A DNA stretch of 64,000 nt from the human T2T-CHM13v2.0 reference genome, Homo sapiens: NCBI RefSeq assembly GCF_009914755.1, contig NC_060925.1; one strand, 5' to 3'. The notes beneath the pieces were generated by a model. The model searched no databases. It was not told where the DNA came from and worked only from the letters and a program-made list of their open reading frames with translations. The translations under genes and the position numbers were made by a program. Positions 36,317 to 51,930 of the stretch are shown here, one piece after another; position 1 is the first letter of the stretch; every line of letters begins with the position of its first letter.

Positions 36317-36340
36317 CTTATAAGAAAAAAGGAAGGAAGA

Positions 36341-36472
36341 TCAGATCAGCAGACTGTAACTCAATGATATAAAAATTAAGAGAGACAACATATACACATT
36401 TGTAATTCAGATCAGCAGACTGTAACTCAATGATATAAAAATTAAGAGAGATAACATATACACATTTGTAAT
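36341..36472. repeat. Two tandem copies of a 66-bp unit in intron 7
   Basis: TCAGATCAGCAGACTGTAAC starts at 36341 and 36407; one mismatch (GACAAC vs GATAAC). Confidence 0.97.
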
Positions 36473-36789
36473 TAATTTATAAAATGAAATGAGTAAATAT
36501 TTATCTTTTAATAATTTGTATTCCCATTGCCTTTTTTTCTGTCATAGAAATCTGAGGCAGGAAATAATAACTTTAAAAGGCTGTTTCCATAACTCTAAGC
36601 TTACATGAAGGTCAACATTTTTAATAAAGAAGAGCAATTATTTTGATTAAAACTTAACAAAATCGGTTTGTGATAAATTAAGGAAACTAACCTTTTATTT
36701 GTAAAACAGCAATTAAGAAAAAATATTCTTATAAATATTTAGGATTATGCTCTTTCTATCTAGTGAAAAGAAAACAAAATCAATCTTAC

Positions 36790-36820
36790 CTGGATATCAG
36801 CGTAAGAACTGACAATGTTC
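36790..36820 (-). CDS. KIF14: KIF14 exon 7 (31 nt)
   Basis: AAATAG|GAAC...CAG|GTAAGA; NIVSSYADIQ; needed to keep the frame between exons 6 and 8. Confidence 0.92.
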
Positions 36821-37671
36821 CTATTTTTAAGAAGTGAAAAGACAAAATCAATTTTACTGATGATTATACTCTTGTTCTCATAAAACAATAACATTTCAAT
36901 TACATATTTACGCTGAAGATCACAATGGACTAATTCATGAATATTATTTTATTGATTCTCCCAGAATCTTTTATTTTCCCCATTCTTGAAGGACAGGAAA
37001 TAAAATAATGCTTTAATTTTAACAAAAAGTATGATTTTTCTTAATACAATGAAACACCTTAGCATCTTAATATTCAAGTCTAAGTCACAATACCAAAAGA
37101 TATACTTTAACACATATGTATATGCATAGGTATATTTATATGTGGGTGTATATGGGTCCCAATACAATCCCAGATGTATTAAATGCAGCTGAGTTAATAC
37201 TTAATAACTTTTCCTTTCCTTTAAGAAAGCATTTGCAGTGTTGGAAAAAAAAGTAAATGACTCCTAGCATGCATCAAACTCTTAACTCTTCTTAGTACCC
37301 TCTTCCCTGTCTAGCTTAGAGTCATAGGTATAAAAAGCAGGTTGAGAGGGAAGATTAAATTAATAGTGAAAGGAAGGGGTAAAAGAAAGAAAAAGCAAAT
37401 ATTTACTTCATAGTATAATGAATACTCCATGGCAGACACTTTACAGGTACTATGAAAGACACATGCAAGTATTAAAACAAGTAACTAACACTCTATGGAA
37501 AGAGAGGGAAAACCTAATTGGACAATATCAAGGGTAGAAGGCTAAATAAATAGTTACCCAGGGTTTCAAAGTTAGGAAGGCCAATGAGAATACAATAAAG
37601 ATTATGGGAGAGTAACATTCACTCTATTCATTTGTTTTATCCTCTTTGCCCTTGCTGAGCCAAATACTTAC

Positions 37672-37724
37672 ATTGACAGTGCTTCAACATATGGTCCATA
37701 AACAGGATGTTCCCTCACTCTCAG
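37672..37724 (-). CDS. KIF14: KIF14 exon 6 (53 nt)
   Basis: TTCTTCTAG|CTG...AAT|GTAAGT; LRVREHPVYGPYVEALS, typical of kinesin-3. Confidence 0.95.
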
Positions 37725-38056
37725 CTAGAAGAAGCAAATACATGCATCATTAGGAGTATGACAAATATTTCATGTAACTTGAAATGATCACTTTTTCTAC
37801 ATCTTGAGTTTAAGGTAAGAGATTTGTCTTTATTTTATCCAGGAAAAAAAAAAACCACAAAAACTCTCACAAAAACAAATCTGTAAGGCATTAGGAAACA
37901 GCTTCAATATAAAAAACTGTTCATAGTAGCACAATATGCAACAATATATTGTAGCATCAAGTCTTACTAGTTTTTTTATTCTTAAAAAACTGCTATTAGA
38001 ATTGTCTAATAGACAATAATTAGAACAATATATTTTAGCATCAGATGTCTTACTAG

Positions 38057-39588
38057 TTTTTTGTTTGTTTGTTTGTCTGTTTTGAGACAGAGTCCTGCTC
38101 TGTGGCCCAGGCTGGAGTACAGTGGTGCAATCTTGGCTCAGTGCAACCTCTGCCTCCTGGGTTCAAGCGATTCTCCTACCTCGGCCTTCTGAGTAGCTGA
38201 GATTACAAGACAGTGCCACCACACCAGCTAACTTTTGTATTTTCAGTAGAGAAGGAGTTTCACCATGTTGGCTAGGCTGGTCGGGAACTCCTGACCTCAA
38301 GTGATCCGCCCACCTCAGCCTCCCAAAGTACTGGGATTGCAGGCGTCAGCCACCGTACCCAGCTTGTCTTCCTAGTTTTTCAGTAAGACATTTGAATGTT
38401 AAATCTTGCAGTAGCTATGATTTATATACTTTTAAATGCTCTCTAAAACATATTCGTTAAATTTCAGACATTAAAATTTTTCTTTATTGTTACATTATAC
38501 ATTTTCAACTTTGTGACCAGAAGCTTTAAACATATAGAAATCATAGAAGCAAATGTCAAGTTTTGTTTAAGTTTCTTGATGTTGCCAATAGTAAACTGCA
38601 CAAACATGGGCAAGTGAAGAAGACAGCTGACTTCCTTTTTTTTCTTGAAATGGAGTCTTGCTCTGTCGCCAGGCTGGAGTGCGGTGGTGAAATCTCGGCT
38701 CACTGAAACCTCTGCCCCCGGGTTCAAGCGATTCTCCTGCATCAGCCTCCTGAGTAGCTGGGACTACAGGCACGCGCCACCATGCCAAGCTAATTTTTGT
38801 ATTTTTAGTAGAGACAGGGTTTCACCATGTTGGCCAGGATGGTCTCCATCTCTTGACCTAGTGATCCACCTGCCTTGACCTCCCAAAGTGCTGTGATTAC
38901 AGGTGTGAGCCAACACGCCCAGCCGTCTTCTTTAGATTTTTGTTTATTGTGCTCCAAGGTCCATTGCAAAATTAAAAATTTTAAATTTGAATAGCAGTTT
39001 TTAAAAAAGATTATATAATTGTGAAACTTTCTATTTCACAGATTATCTACAAGGTATGAATTTGCTAAATAATCCACTGAAATACATATTCTATAATAAA
39101 AATATAATTTTAAAAAGTTTTACTATGTTTTGGCTTATAGACTATTAGGGATCTGGTGTTCAACTTACATGGTCCAACTAAATCTCAGAACAAATATTTT
39201 ATGTTTAGTTTTATACAATTCTTCATTAAAATAAAGAGGTTAAATCTGATAACTAATTTAATTTCTACTAGTGATAACGTTCCGCTTCTTTTCTTTTTTT
39301 TTTTTTTTGGAGACGAAGTCTCACTCTGTCGCCCAGGCTGGAGTACAGTGGCTTGATCTCGGCTCACTGCAACCTGCCTCCCAGGTTCAAGCAATTCTCC
39401 TGCCTCAGCCTCTGGAGAAGCTGGGACTATAGGTGCAATCCGCCACACCCGGCTAATTTTTTGTATTTTAGTAGAGACAGGGTTTCACTGTGTTGTCCAG
39501 GCTGGTCTTGAACTCCTGAGCTCTGGCAGTCTGCCCCCCTCAGCCTCCCAAAGTGCTGGGATTACAGGAGTGAGCCACCATGCCCGGC
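38057..39588 (-). mobile_element. Three dispersed minus-strand Alus (about 38057-38363, 38636-38924, 39289-39588)
   Basis: Alu consensus. Confidence 0.87.
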
Positions 39589-39756
39589 CAGTGCTCTGCT
39601 TATTTTCTAAATAATCTAATTGGACTGTAGATCCAAGCATTTGCTTTCATATAATTCTAGTAAAACTTTAAGCTATACCATCCAGAGAACTCAAATAATT
39701 AGATACATTTATAAGAACAGAAATTCAAAACAAATAATAAATTGTTTTAATCTTAC

Positions 39757-39855
39757 TGGTTGCTTTCTCTGCCCATTTTCATCTTTACAAACCAGAAGGT
39801 CGTGAATTTTTTCATTATATACTTCAAAGAAGCTCATTTCAATGTGATAGCTGAC
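39757..39855 (-). CDS. KIF14: KIF14 exon 5 (99 nt)
   Basis: CTACTAG|GTC...CCA|GTAAGA; VSYHIEMSFFEVYNEKIHDLL kinesin motif. Confidence 0.95.
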
Positions 39856-39889
39856 CTAGTAGGAATAGAAACACAGCATATAATTTATT

Positions 39890-41457
<1,568 letters not shown>

Positions 41458-42887
41458 TTAATATGAATAACAACAAAAGTCCTTGCATTTCTTCTTAACT
41501 TCTGCATAAGGTTCAATTCAATCCAATAAGCATTTCTTAAGTACCTACCTACTGCGTGTTTGGCTTTAGGTTATTGTCAGGACATAAAGAAGTATAAGAC
41601 AAGATTCTTGCTCATGAGGCTAAGATCTCAGAGACATATAACATACCTTCCAATAGATAAAACACAGCAATAGAAAATTAATTAAGAATCAAAATGAGAT
41701 GACTATAAATATGACTAATCAGAAAAGGGAAAATTTAGGATGGCCAGAGAAAAGGGAAGGAGTAAATAGAATGTGAGGCATGAGAGACAGAGTAGATTGA
41801 ACCAGAAAGAGGGGGTAGGGCATTCTCGGGCAAGGACAGCAGCATCTGTGCATCACATGTGCTCAGAATAGGAAAGACACCCTGTAGGTTGACATTTGAT
41901 CTGGTAAGATGGAACCTTAAATCAACAATTCTTCCTGATTGGGAGAGAAAGCAATCATTAGATTAAGTGGGCTGAGCTTCTCCTCCTTTTGACTCTGAAA
42001 GATACAGTGTAGAGGCCAAAAACGGGAAACTTTGCTTCCAAACAGCTCTTCTGACAGTTAGGGCATGGTTTCCTTATTAGAGAAATAAATTTCATCCACT
42101 GACCCAGAAGTGAGTCAGCAAGCATCTAACAGAATTGGAAGCTTCAAGGGAGTGTCAAAGAGATTTAAGTTCAATTCACCAAATATTTATTGTGCCCTAC
42201 TAGGTACAAAGCACTCTTCTAGGAGCTGTGGGAAAATATGAGATGAACTGGACATAGTTTTTATCCTGAAAAAACTCAGAAGCTAATTGGAGATGCAATA
42301 CAGTACATGAGTAATACAAGGCAGAATATAGCTGGTGTCATGAGAGAGAAACAAAACACTTCCAAAGAGACCAGGTATAAGGGAACACCAAGTAATTATA
42401 AGGTCATTGACAAATGCTATGAACAGGGATGGGGGCTGTCAGAATTCAATAAACACGTAATAATGCTTATTTTATGTAAAATAGTATTTTATGTTATAGA
42501 GGCTCCTGGAGGACTTAGAAATGAAAATGTAGTGTGGGAAACAAATTGGAAAAGGTAGCTGGGGCCACACTGGAGAGGTCCTACTTTTTTCTTCTCCTCT
42601 GAGGCTCCTGCCATCATGCTCGCTATACCACCTTCTATTACCCCCATCCACATACTATTATTCTCTACCATCCTGGCTAATTCCAAAGTTGATATAACCA
42701 CATTTAGTTGGGCTCACTATGTGCCAGGCACTCTTCAAAACCTTTTGTATAGATCAACTCATTTAATGCTCACAACAAACCTATGAGAAAGACATTGTCA
42801 ATATCATCTCTATTTTCTGTTCTGAAACACAGAAAGACATTAAGTAAATTGTTCAAGATCACATTTCTACTGCAGTGATGAAGCTGA

Positions 42888-44383
<1,496 letters not shown>

Positions 44384-45242
44384 TAGTTTGTTTAGCATTT
44401 AATTGATTGTACTTGGCTGTTAACTTATTTCTCCCACTACACTCCTTTGAATACAGGGACTGGGTCTTTTAACTCCACACCCCTAATCTAGCACAATTTT
44501 CCCAATTTCCTTTATCATAAAAAATACTGGAGGAAAAGCATGAAAATTATAAAATCCCAAGCTCTACACCAGACCAACTGACTCAGAACCCCCAGAAGAG
44601 ATTTTTAGCAAGTGTGTACATACACATACACATGCACATATATGTCCCTGCCAAGAATCCCCGGTGATTCTTATGACCAAGAAAATTTGAGAAAAAAAAA
44701 AACTGATCTAACAAGCTGCCTGGCAACAGCAGAATGCTCAGTAAAAGGTAGCTGAATGTGTAAATGAATAAGTGAAATAGGAAGCCAGTACAGCCTATTC
44801 AGGTGTAGTAGAGTGGAAAAAGCATGGCTTTTGAAGTCAACTCTGGGTTCAAATCCCAATTTCACTACTCTTTCTGATTCACGTTGTCCAAAAGGTTATG
44901 CCTGCTGTCCTTAGTTAAACTGTACACCTATCTGACTACAAACACACGTATAACAGCACATAGCTACCATGTTTGTGAGCCTCTACGTATACACAAAAGT
45001 AAAGCAAAAACAAGGGAGAAAAGACAGAAGAGATGACTTCACTATCACTGCCCACTAGGTGAAACTGATTCTGAATTTAGAATTTCCACCCTCCCTCTCC
45101 ATACCACTGTTCCAAAGAAGAGTGATCTACAAATTAGAACTGATCTTCCATTAAGTATTTCCTTAGTGGCCATGACTGATTTGAACTTGATTTGACTATT
45201 TTCTACTCTGAAAAGAAGCTTGCAGGTATTATAAGAACATAC

Positions 45243-45330
45243 CTCTTGGGTTTGTTTTCTGGCTACTTGAGAAAAAAGATCTTCACAAAATCTTGGAATT
45301 ATTCCTGGTTCTTCACTAAATCCCATCATC
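45243..45330 (-). CDS. KIF14: KIF14 exon 4 (88 nt)
   Basis: TTTTCAG|GATG...CAAGAG|GTATG; MMGFSEEPGIIPRFCEDLF. Confidence 0.96.
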
Positions 45331-45449
45331 CTGAAAAATACATTATGAATAAGGGGGAAATAAAACTAATTCTTTCTTTAAAATTCTTTTTGGGGAAATA
45401 GGCTGGGAAGGGAGTAGGAAGCAAGTTCACTGAATCTCATAATTAAGAA

Positions 45450-45765
45450 TCTGGACTCTGGAGTCAAATCTGCCTGAGTCCAAATCTTGACTCCAAGATA
45501 TTTAACCTCACTAAACTTCAATTTCCTCTACTGTAAAACAGGAATAATACAACTATCTAATTCAGAGAATTGTTGTGAAAGAATATAAGCAAAGTCTTTA
45601 GCACAGTGTCTGGAATATAGTAAGAACTCAAATGTTGGGCAACCCGCTTGGGACCCCTTCCACGCTGTGGACTGTGGAAGCTCTGTTCTTTCGCTCTTCA
45701 CAACAAACCTTGCTACAAAAAAAAAAAAAAAAAAAAAAAAAGAACTCAAATGTTAGCTACTGTTA
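45450..45765 (+). mobile_element. MIR (interrupted by the LTR12-like insert)
   Basis: MIR core-like CTTCAATTTCCTCTACTGTAAAACAGGAATAATA and 3' GCACAGTGTCTGGAATATAGTAAG. Confidence 0.7.
45637..45741 (+). mobile_element. Short LTR12/ERV9-like fragment with poly(A) tail, inserted into a MIR
   Basis: GGCAACCCGCTTGGGACCCCTTCCACGCTGTGG...TTCTTTCGCTCTTCACAACAAACCTTGCT resembles the LTR12 R region; A25 tail; TSD AAGAACTCAAATGTT at 45622-45636 and 45740-45754. Confidence 0.8.
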
Positions 45766-46277
45766 AAATGCTGAGTATTTCTTTCTAGGACAGGTATTAT
45801 TATCATAGCTACCATTTATCAGATGCCCCTCCACCCTTTTTTCTTAAGAGATGGGGACTAAGTTGCCCAGGCTGGACTCGAACTCCTGCACTTAAGCAAT
45901 CCTCCTATCTCAGCTTCCCAAGTAGCTGAGACTACAGGTGTTTGCCATCACATCTAGCTTAGATGCCTTACTTTTAATTCTCACCAAAATACTTAAAAGA
46001 TAACCTCTCTAGGCCTTAGTTTATGTAAAATATATAAAGTACAGTAAAATGGGGCCAATGATAATTACAAGATGAATTGTATCAAGGTAAATGTATAAAC
46101 TGAAGCCCAGAGGCTAAGTAAATTGCCCAAGTTTGCAGAACTGGTATATAAAATGGATGAGATTTGGGCCAAGATCTGTGTGATTTCAAAACTATATTCT
46201 TTCTATCACCCCTATGCCACTTCTCACAAAAGTATATTTAAACACTTCTGGATAATTGCATTTCCAATACAACTTAC

Positions 46278-46532
46278 GTATATGATTTTCCAGAGCCAGT
46301 CTGACCATAAGCAAAAAGACAGGTATTGAAGCCTTCGAAGGCTCTTTCTAGGAGTGGTGCTGCTAGCTTCTCATAGACAGTTGTCTGGCTAGCGTAGTGA
46401 GGATGACATTCATCAAAAGACCAGAATGAAACATCATAAATAAAATTATAAACTTGTTTCGTGTCAGGGTGTTCCACAGTTATTTCTTTCCCACTCATGA
46501 AGACTACCTGGGATGCTTTTTCAATCTTCTCT
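46278..46532 (-). CDS. KIF14: KIF14 exon 3 (255 nt; P-loop GQTGSGKS)
   Basis: CTTTCAAG|AGAG...TATAC|GTAAGT; encodes [13 protein letters not shown]. Confidence 0.97.
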
Positions 46533-47901
46533 CTTGAAAGAAGCACAAAGAAAAAAATCAAGTAACTAAAATGATCAAGGGTATTATTCTCACAGAACAT
46601 AATAAATACCTCAAAACTATTTAAACAATCTTCCAAGGCAAGATAATTCTGTAGTTTTATGTGGAAAATGCAGATAAGCAAACATAATTCTAGTGGGTTT
46701 CCAAAATATATTTCCTGAGGCTCCAGTGCCACCAAAGGGAAAATCCCAGATTCCTCCAGAAAACCTATCCTACTTTTACAAGATTTTTTCCTCTTTTTTT
46801 TTTCTCTTGAACTATACCTTTTCCCATCCCACCTACTATAATCTACCTATACTCTTCATCCAAATCTACATCTTTATTATACAAATTTGGGGGGGTACCA
46901 ATCTAAATAAAGCTGGCATAAAATACAAATATCTAATTTTAACAAACTCAGTTGACTGTAAGTTTCAATCATAAGTCTCTCTTGGCTACTAAAGATCTCT
47001 CCTCCTTCCTCTAGATTCTCTCCCTTAAAATCATGAATCTTTCTGTATATCCTTTTTCCCTTTGAGACTTAGGTGGAAATCTTTCATTTACTTTAGATCT
47101 ACAGAAAAACATCATCACTCTTTGTCTGGCTCCAGATATACACTCCCTCCCCGCTCCATCCCTGACTCTGAGACTGCTTTAAATCAGAATTTATTCTGGA
47201 AAAAACACCTGCCTCATCAATTTGACAAGTACTCTACCCTGGCCCTGCTTTCAAGGCTTGTCTGATGAGTTTGGAATCAGGCACTTGGTCCCTTACTAAG
47301 TTCAGTATAGTCATCCATCTTGCATTTTGTCCCTACCAGCTCTTTCTATTGTTTCTCTTCCTATCATGGTTCTTGAGGCTCTATTAGACATTCCAATTCT
47401 CTCAAACCAACTCACCCTCAGTTCTCCCTCTTAATACTAACCCATTTGCACGAAAAAGATTCTACAGTACTGTATAACTTGCCTTTAACTACTGACCCCT
47501 TAGGTTCAAACTGGAGGTTCCTGCCCTGATGCAGTGGTCACCAAATCCTCTTCTAACTTGCTTAGATACACAGCTTCAAGTTAAACACTACTAACTCTGT
47601 GAAGTTTTTCACTGTCCCTTAAAATATTTTAAACAACTACATTAAAATATTTTAAAACAATTACATTTTGTCACATTCACATTTTGTCATGTCCATCTTT
47701 TCCAACCTTATCTTTAATCTGTGTCTTCCCCACCCACAACCACTTTTAGAGAGAGATTTTTTGCCATCAAAATCAAATCTAATGTATCACTGCATTTATA
47801 ACTACTATATAGTAATCGGAGACAATGATGATGATAATCACCACTCTGGAAAGGGTTTTGAAAGGACCTCTTTAGGGAACCAGTAATTTGTTATGGCTCT
47901 T

Positions 47902-48212
<311 letters not shown>

Positions 48213-48534
48213 TAGGTATAACATTCCAGCATATATTGCAGATCTGAAAGCAGATTTCATTAGAGACCTAAGTGACTTATTCAGACTTTTTAAAAGCAAT
48301 ATATCTAGAGAAACTTCAATATACAAAATATGGTGATTCAATTTTTTAATTTTATAGTCAGTGATCAAAAATTATCAACACACACTACAACTAGACCTAA
48401 AAGTTCTTTCTATATAAAAGTATTGCCAACAAGTTTGAAGATGCACGAATACACTGACCTTCCAAAGGCAGAGAGGAATTAAAGGTACCTTACATGTAAC
48501 TGCTTGGCTTTAGATTTTAAAAGGCATCACATAC

Positions 48535-49646
48535 CTCTTGGTGAAAGGTCTTACGCGTACTGCCACTGTCACTTGACTATTCTCTACTTTTAAGGGGTCT
48601 TTTCCTGCAGAGGTGTTCTGAACTACAGTTTCTTCTTCGGGAAGAATTGTATTTTCTGCGGATCTTTCCTGTTTATTTGCAAGAAAGGAACTTTTTGGTC
48701 TTTGTTTAACTTGAAGGTTAGACATTCTATTCTTCAGTATTGATGGAGCTGGGCTCTTAAGCTGAGGCAGGCTGCACTTTGTTGTCAGTTTGTGTTCTGT
48801 TGTACATTTTGTAGGTGTTCTTTTTTCTAAGCTCCCAAATTTATTTGAAGTTTTTGCAATTTCCTTCCCAATACTTCTATGATACAAGTTTCCTGTTCCC
48901 AACACTTTGATATCCAACTTGCTCTGAGTAGGTTTCGTTGTCAAGTGTCCTGATCTAACAACTTCAGTCTGACTCAGGGAAGCAATGGGTGGTCTATTAC
49001 TTGAGTACTTAAGTGCAACATTTTCATTTGCTCTACTGGGGGCAGAAAATGTTTCTTTGTATTTCTTATCAGCCATCATTTCAATGACCTGTGGATCTTC
49101 ATCTAAAGGTACAGAAGAGGCAACAAAAGAGTTTTTAGCATTATTTACAATCCTTACATTTGTTCTACTTTCCTTAGAAACACCATTATTTTCTGTTTCA
49201 CCTCCCACATTCAGTGTCATTTTGACAGAATCTATTTCAGCTGTTTTCCACTTTTCTGCAGAATCTGTTTTAGCACGACGTTGTAATGTAAGACGTGTTT
49301 CTGCTGTTTTTTCAGTTGTGTCTTCCAACTCACTAACAAGCAAAGATGATTCTTTGTTCCTTGTAGTTCTCCTCTGAAGTGCCAATCTACCTACAGGATT
49401 AGGGGTAAGGGGCATGTCTGCTGTTTTTCTACTGGCAGAAATAACATAAGTTCTATTTATGTCTCTGACTTTACCTGCAGATCTCAATAATGGATCATCA
49501 TTTTCACATTCTGACATATCCGACTTCAAATGCAGCTTAAGTCGGCTACTGTGGGTGAGGGCATTCAGTGATGAACTATTTTGGGAAGAAGGAATATCAA
49601 GAATATCACCGCTGTTATTTCTATTATGAGTACTGTGTAATGACAT
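48535..49646 (-). CDS. KIF14: KIF14 exon 2 coding part (1112 nt; N-terminal extension and motor start VAVRVRP); whole exon about 48535-49761
   Basis: ATG at 49646; acceptor TTTTCTTTTAG| before 49761; donor AAGAG|GTATGT. Confidence 0.97.
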
Positions 49647-50210
49647 TTTGGCAGACAGTTATTTTAAAAAAGAATGTTACTAAGACCCTAAGCTCTTCTT
49701 TGGACATTCATTTGATTTCCAGCCATTTCTTATGTATCCATTTCTGAAAGTATCTGCTAAACTAAAAGAAAAAAAAAAGATTTAGATCACACAGACTACA
49801 AACAAGCTTTAAAAATATAGAGAGAACATCCCATTGTGTAAGTAAATTCCCAGAGGCATACATTACAATAGATCACAATCTGCAGCTCAGATACTGCTTC
49901 CAAGCAACTTCAGGCAAGTCTCTCAGAGAACTTACCATCATTATTCAACAAATATTGACTAAGTTTCCATTAGTGCCAGGCCCTCTGATAGATACTGTAG
50001 ACTTCAAAGACAAGAATACAATTCCCATTTCTTTAGTCTAGAAGAAATATACTGATAAGCCATATATCAGGCCAAATGTGTCAAGTGACTTAGAAGATGT
50101 AAAAAGTGCATGCCAACATAGATTTTCAAGTACTTCCAGTGTGGGGAATGGGAAGGACTAAAGGAAACCCTAGCACCTAAATCAGAGTGTGGAGCAAAGT
50201 ATTTTTATAA

Positions 50211-50573
<363 letters not shown>

Positions 50574-51333
50574 CATGTATGTTGAATACAGGAATGCCTA
50601 TAGAGAAGATTGAATTGATTGGTGTCACGAGGCAGATTATTCCCAAGTACCACAGGCAGTAAGTACGATAAGTACTGTAAATTAATTGTGTTGAGAAAAA
50701 CCATGCAAGATTAGATAAACAGACAACCTGCCCTTTAGCAGTAAGACAACAAATTAGACAGAGGTGTATGTAAATATACAGCAACAATATCTATCAGGTA
50801 TTAACGTTTTAAAGAAAGGGAACAGCAGTGACAGCTAAGAGACCTGGCTTTTAGTCAGCTTTGTATCCAACTCCTTACAAGGATGTAAACAAGACTTTAA
50901 ATTTGCATGCCGGGTTCTAACCTGTAAAATGACACTGGTTCAAACTATTGCAAAGATTATTGCTATCGAGGAACAAATTAATGGAAGGTCATTTTTAAAT
51001 GAGGCTTTTAAATTTTTACATAAATAACAGTCATTACAAAAAAAATTCGTCAGCTTATAAGCATCTCCCATCAACGTTTCAACTCAAAATACAGAATTTT
51101 CCTGTTATGAAATGAATTTAAAGGCAAAAAGAAGATTCTGGAAATTCTCTTGCAACTAAAAACCATTTGCGATTTGCACAAATCAATACGGTTTCTGTTT
51201 GAGGAGTTTCGCCATCAGATTTTAAAGAGGACTGGAAGGAATACAAGGAAAATAAGCACAATCCAAACCAAAACATCCGGTGATTCTGTTCTTTCTCTGC
51301 TAGTCATTACCAGGGGCTATGACTAAGAATTAC

Positions 51334-51660
51334 CTCTTAATGCCAACCGACTCGGGGAGACTCGGGGAGAAGCCCACGGGCCGAGAGGCCCTGAAGTCCG
51401 GCTTCCCGGTCCCAGCAGAGACGCTGCCTTGCGCCCTTCGTTCGGGGACCCCTTCGCCGCCGACCTGGAATGCTGAGGAACTGAATGGGGGACTGGAGCT
51501 AAGACCACCCGCCCGCAGAGCAGTGGTCGCCTGTAGGGAAAGCGTCCGCACGCCCTCCCCAGTGCCGAAACTTCGCCCCTCCGCAGGGTCCGGCACCTTG
51601 GGGACCCACTCGACACAGTCCCCACGCCACTCACCACCTCCAGCGCCGGCTCCCCAGAAG
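51334..51660 (-). other. KIF14: KIF14 exon 1 (non-coding 5'UTR)
   Basis: GC-rich and ATG-free on the sense strand, ends at donor GAG|GTAATT (intron starts 51333), and lies just downstream of the CHR and CCAAT motifs. The 5' boundary is approximate. Confidence 0.8.
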
Positions 51661-51930
51661 GCCGCAATTTGAATGGGCGCCCCGCCTTCTGATTGGCTGC
51701 TGGGCGTCGCGTCGGGTGCCGCGCCTTTGCTTCCACCCGCCCCCCGGAAGTGCCGGTGGTTGGGCTCCGGTAGCCGTCTCTGAATGCTGGACTCGCCCCA
51801 CCCTCATCTCCCAGGCAACGCTCCCTCCCCTCCTCGGGTTCTGCTAAAGCGTGGAGCTTGGCCCCCTTTAAATCCGACCAGAGGAAGGGGCGGCGGTCGC
51901 GGGCGCAGCGGGCCCCTCGTTGAAGTGGGT
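51340..51930. promoter_or_regulatory. CpG island / KIF14 promoter
   Basis: Sharp rise in GC content and CpG density against an AT-rich background; overlaps exon 1. Confidence 0.9.
51668..51752 (-). promoter_or_regulatory. G2/M-type core promoter: CHR TTTGAA (51668-51673), CCAAT box (51692-51696), GC box (about 51736-51742), ETS/GABPA site CCGGAAGTG (51744-51752)
   Basis: Motifs read directly from the sequence. CHR plus NF-Y CCAAT near a TATA-less TSS is the established MuvB/DREAM-MMB-FOXM1 architecture of mitotic genes. Confidence 0.75.

Noticed and set aside
36074-36472. CRISPR-like interpretation of the tandem repeats
   Set aside because: The units are contiguous with no unique spacers, derive from host exon and intron sequence, and are eukaryotic.
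37940-38063. Diverged ~40-bp direct repeat (AACAATATAT...AGCATCA...GTCTTACTAGTTTTTT)
   Set aside because: Old, low-complexity and intronic, next to an Alu tail, with no link to splice signals.
48985-49377. 130-aa hydrophobic plus-strand ORF
   Set aside because: Antisense shadow of KIF14 exon 2, with a non-ATG start and no independent support.
51349-51370. 10-bp tandem repeat GACTCGGGGA in exon 1; similar micro-duplications inside Alus (about 5902, 13722, 54915)
   Set aside because: Ordinary slippage events with no evident consequence.
51319-51736. Overlapping 88-137 aa ORFs at the promoter
   Set aside because: Expected from stop-codon scarcity in a CpG island. The minus-strand ones have no ATG start.
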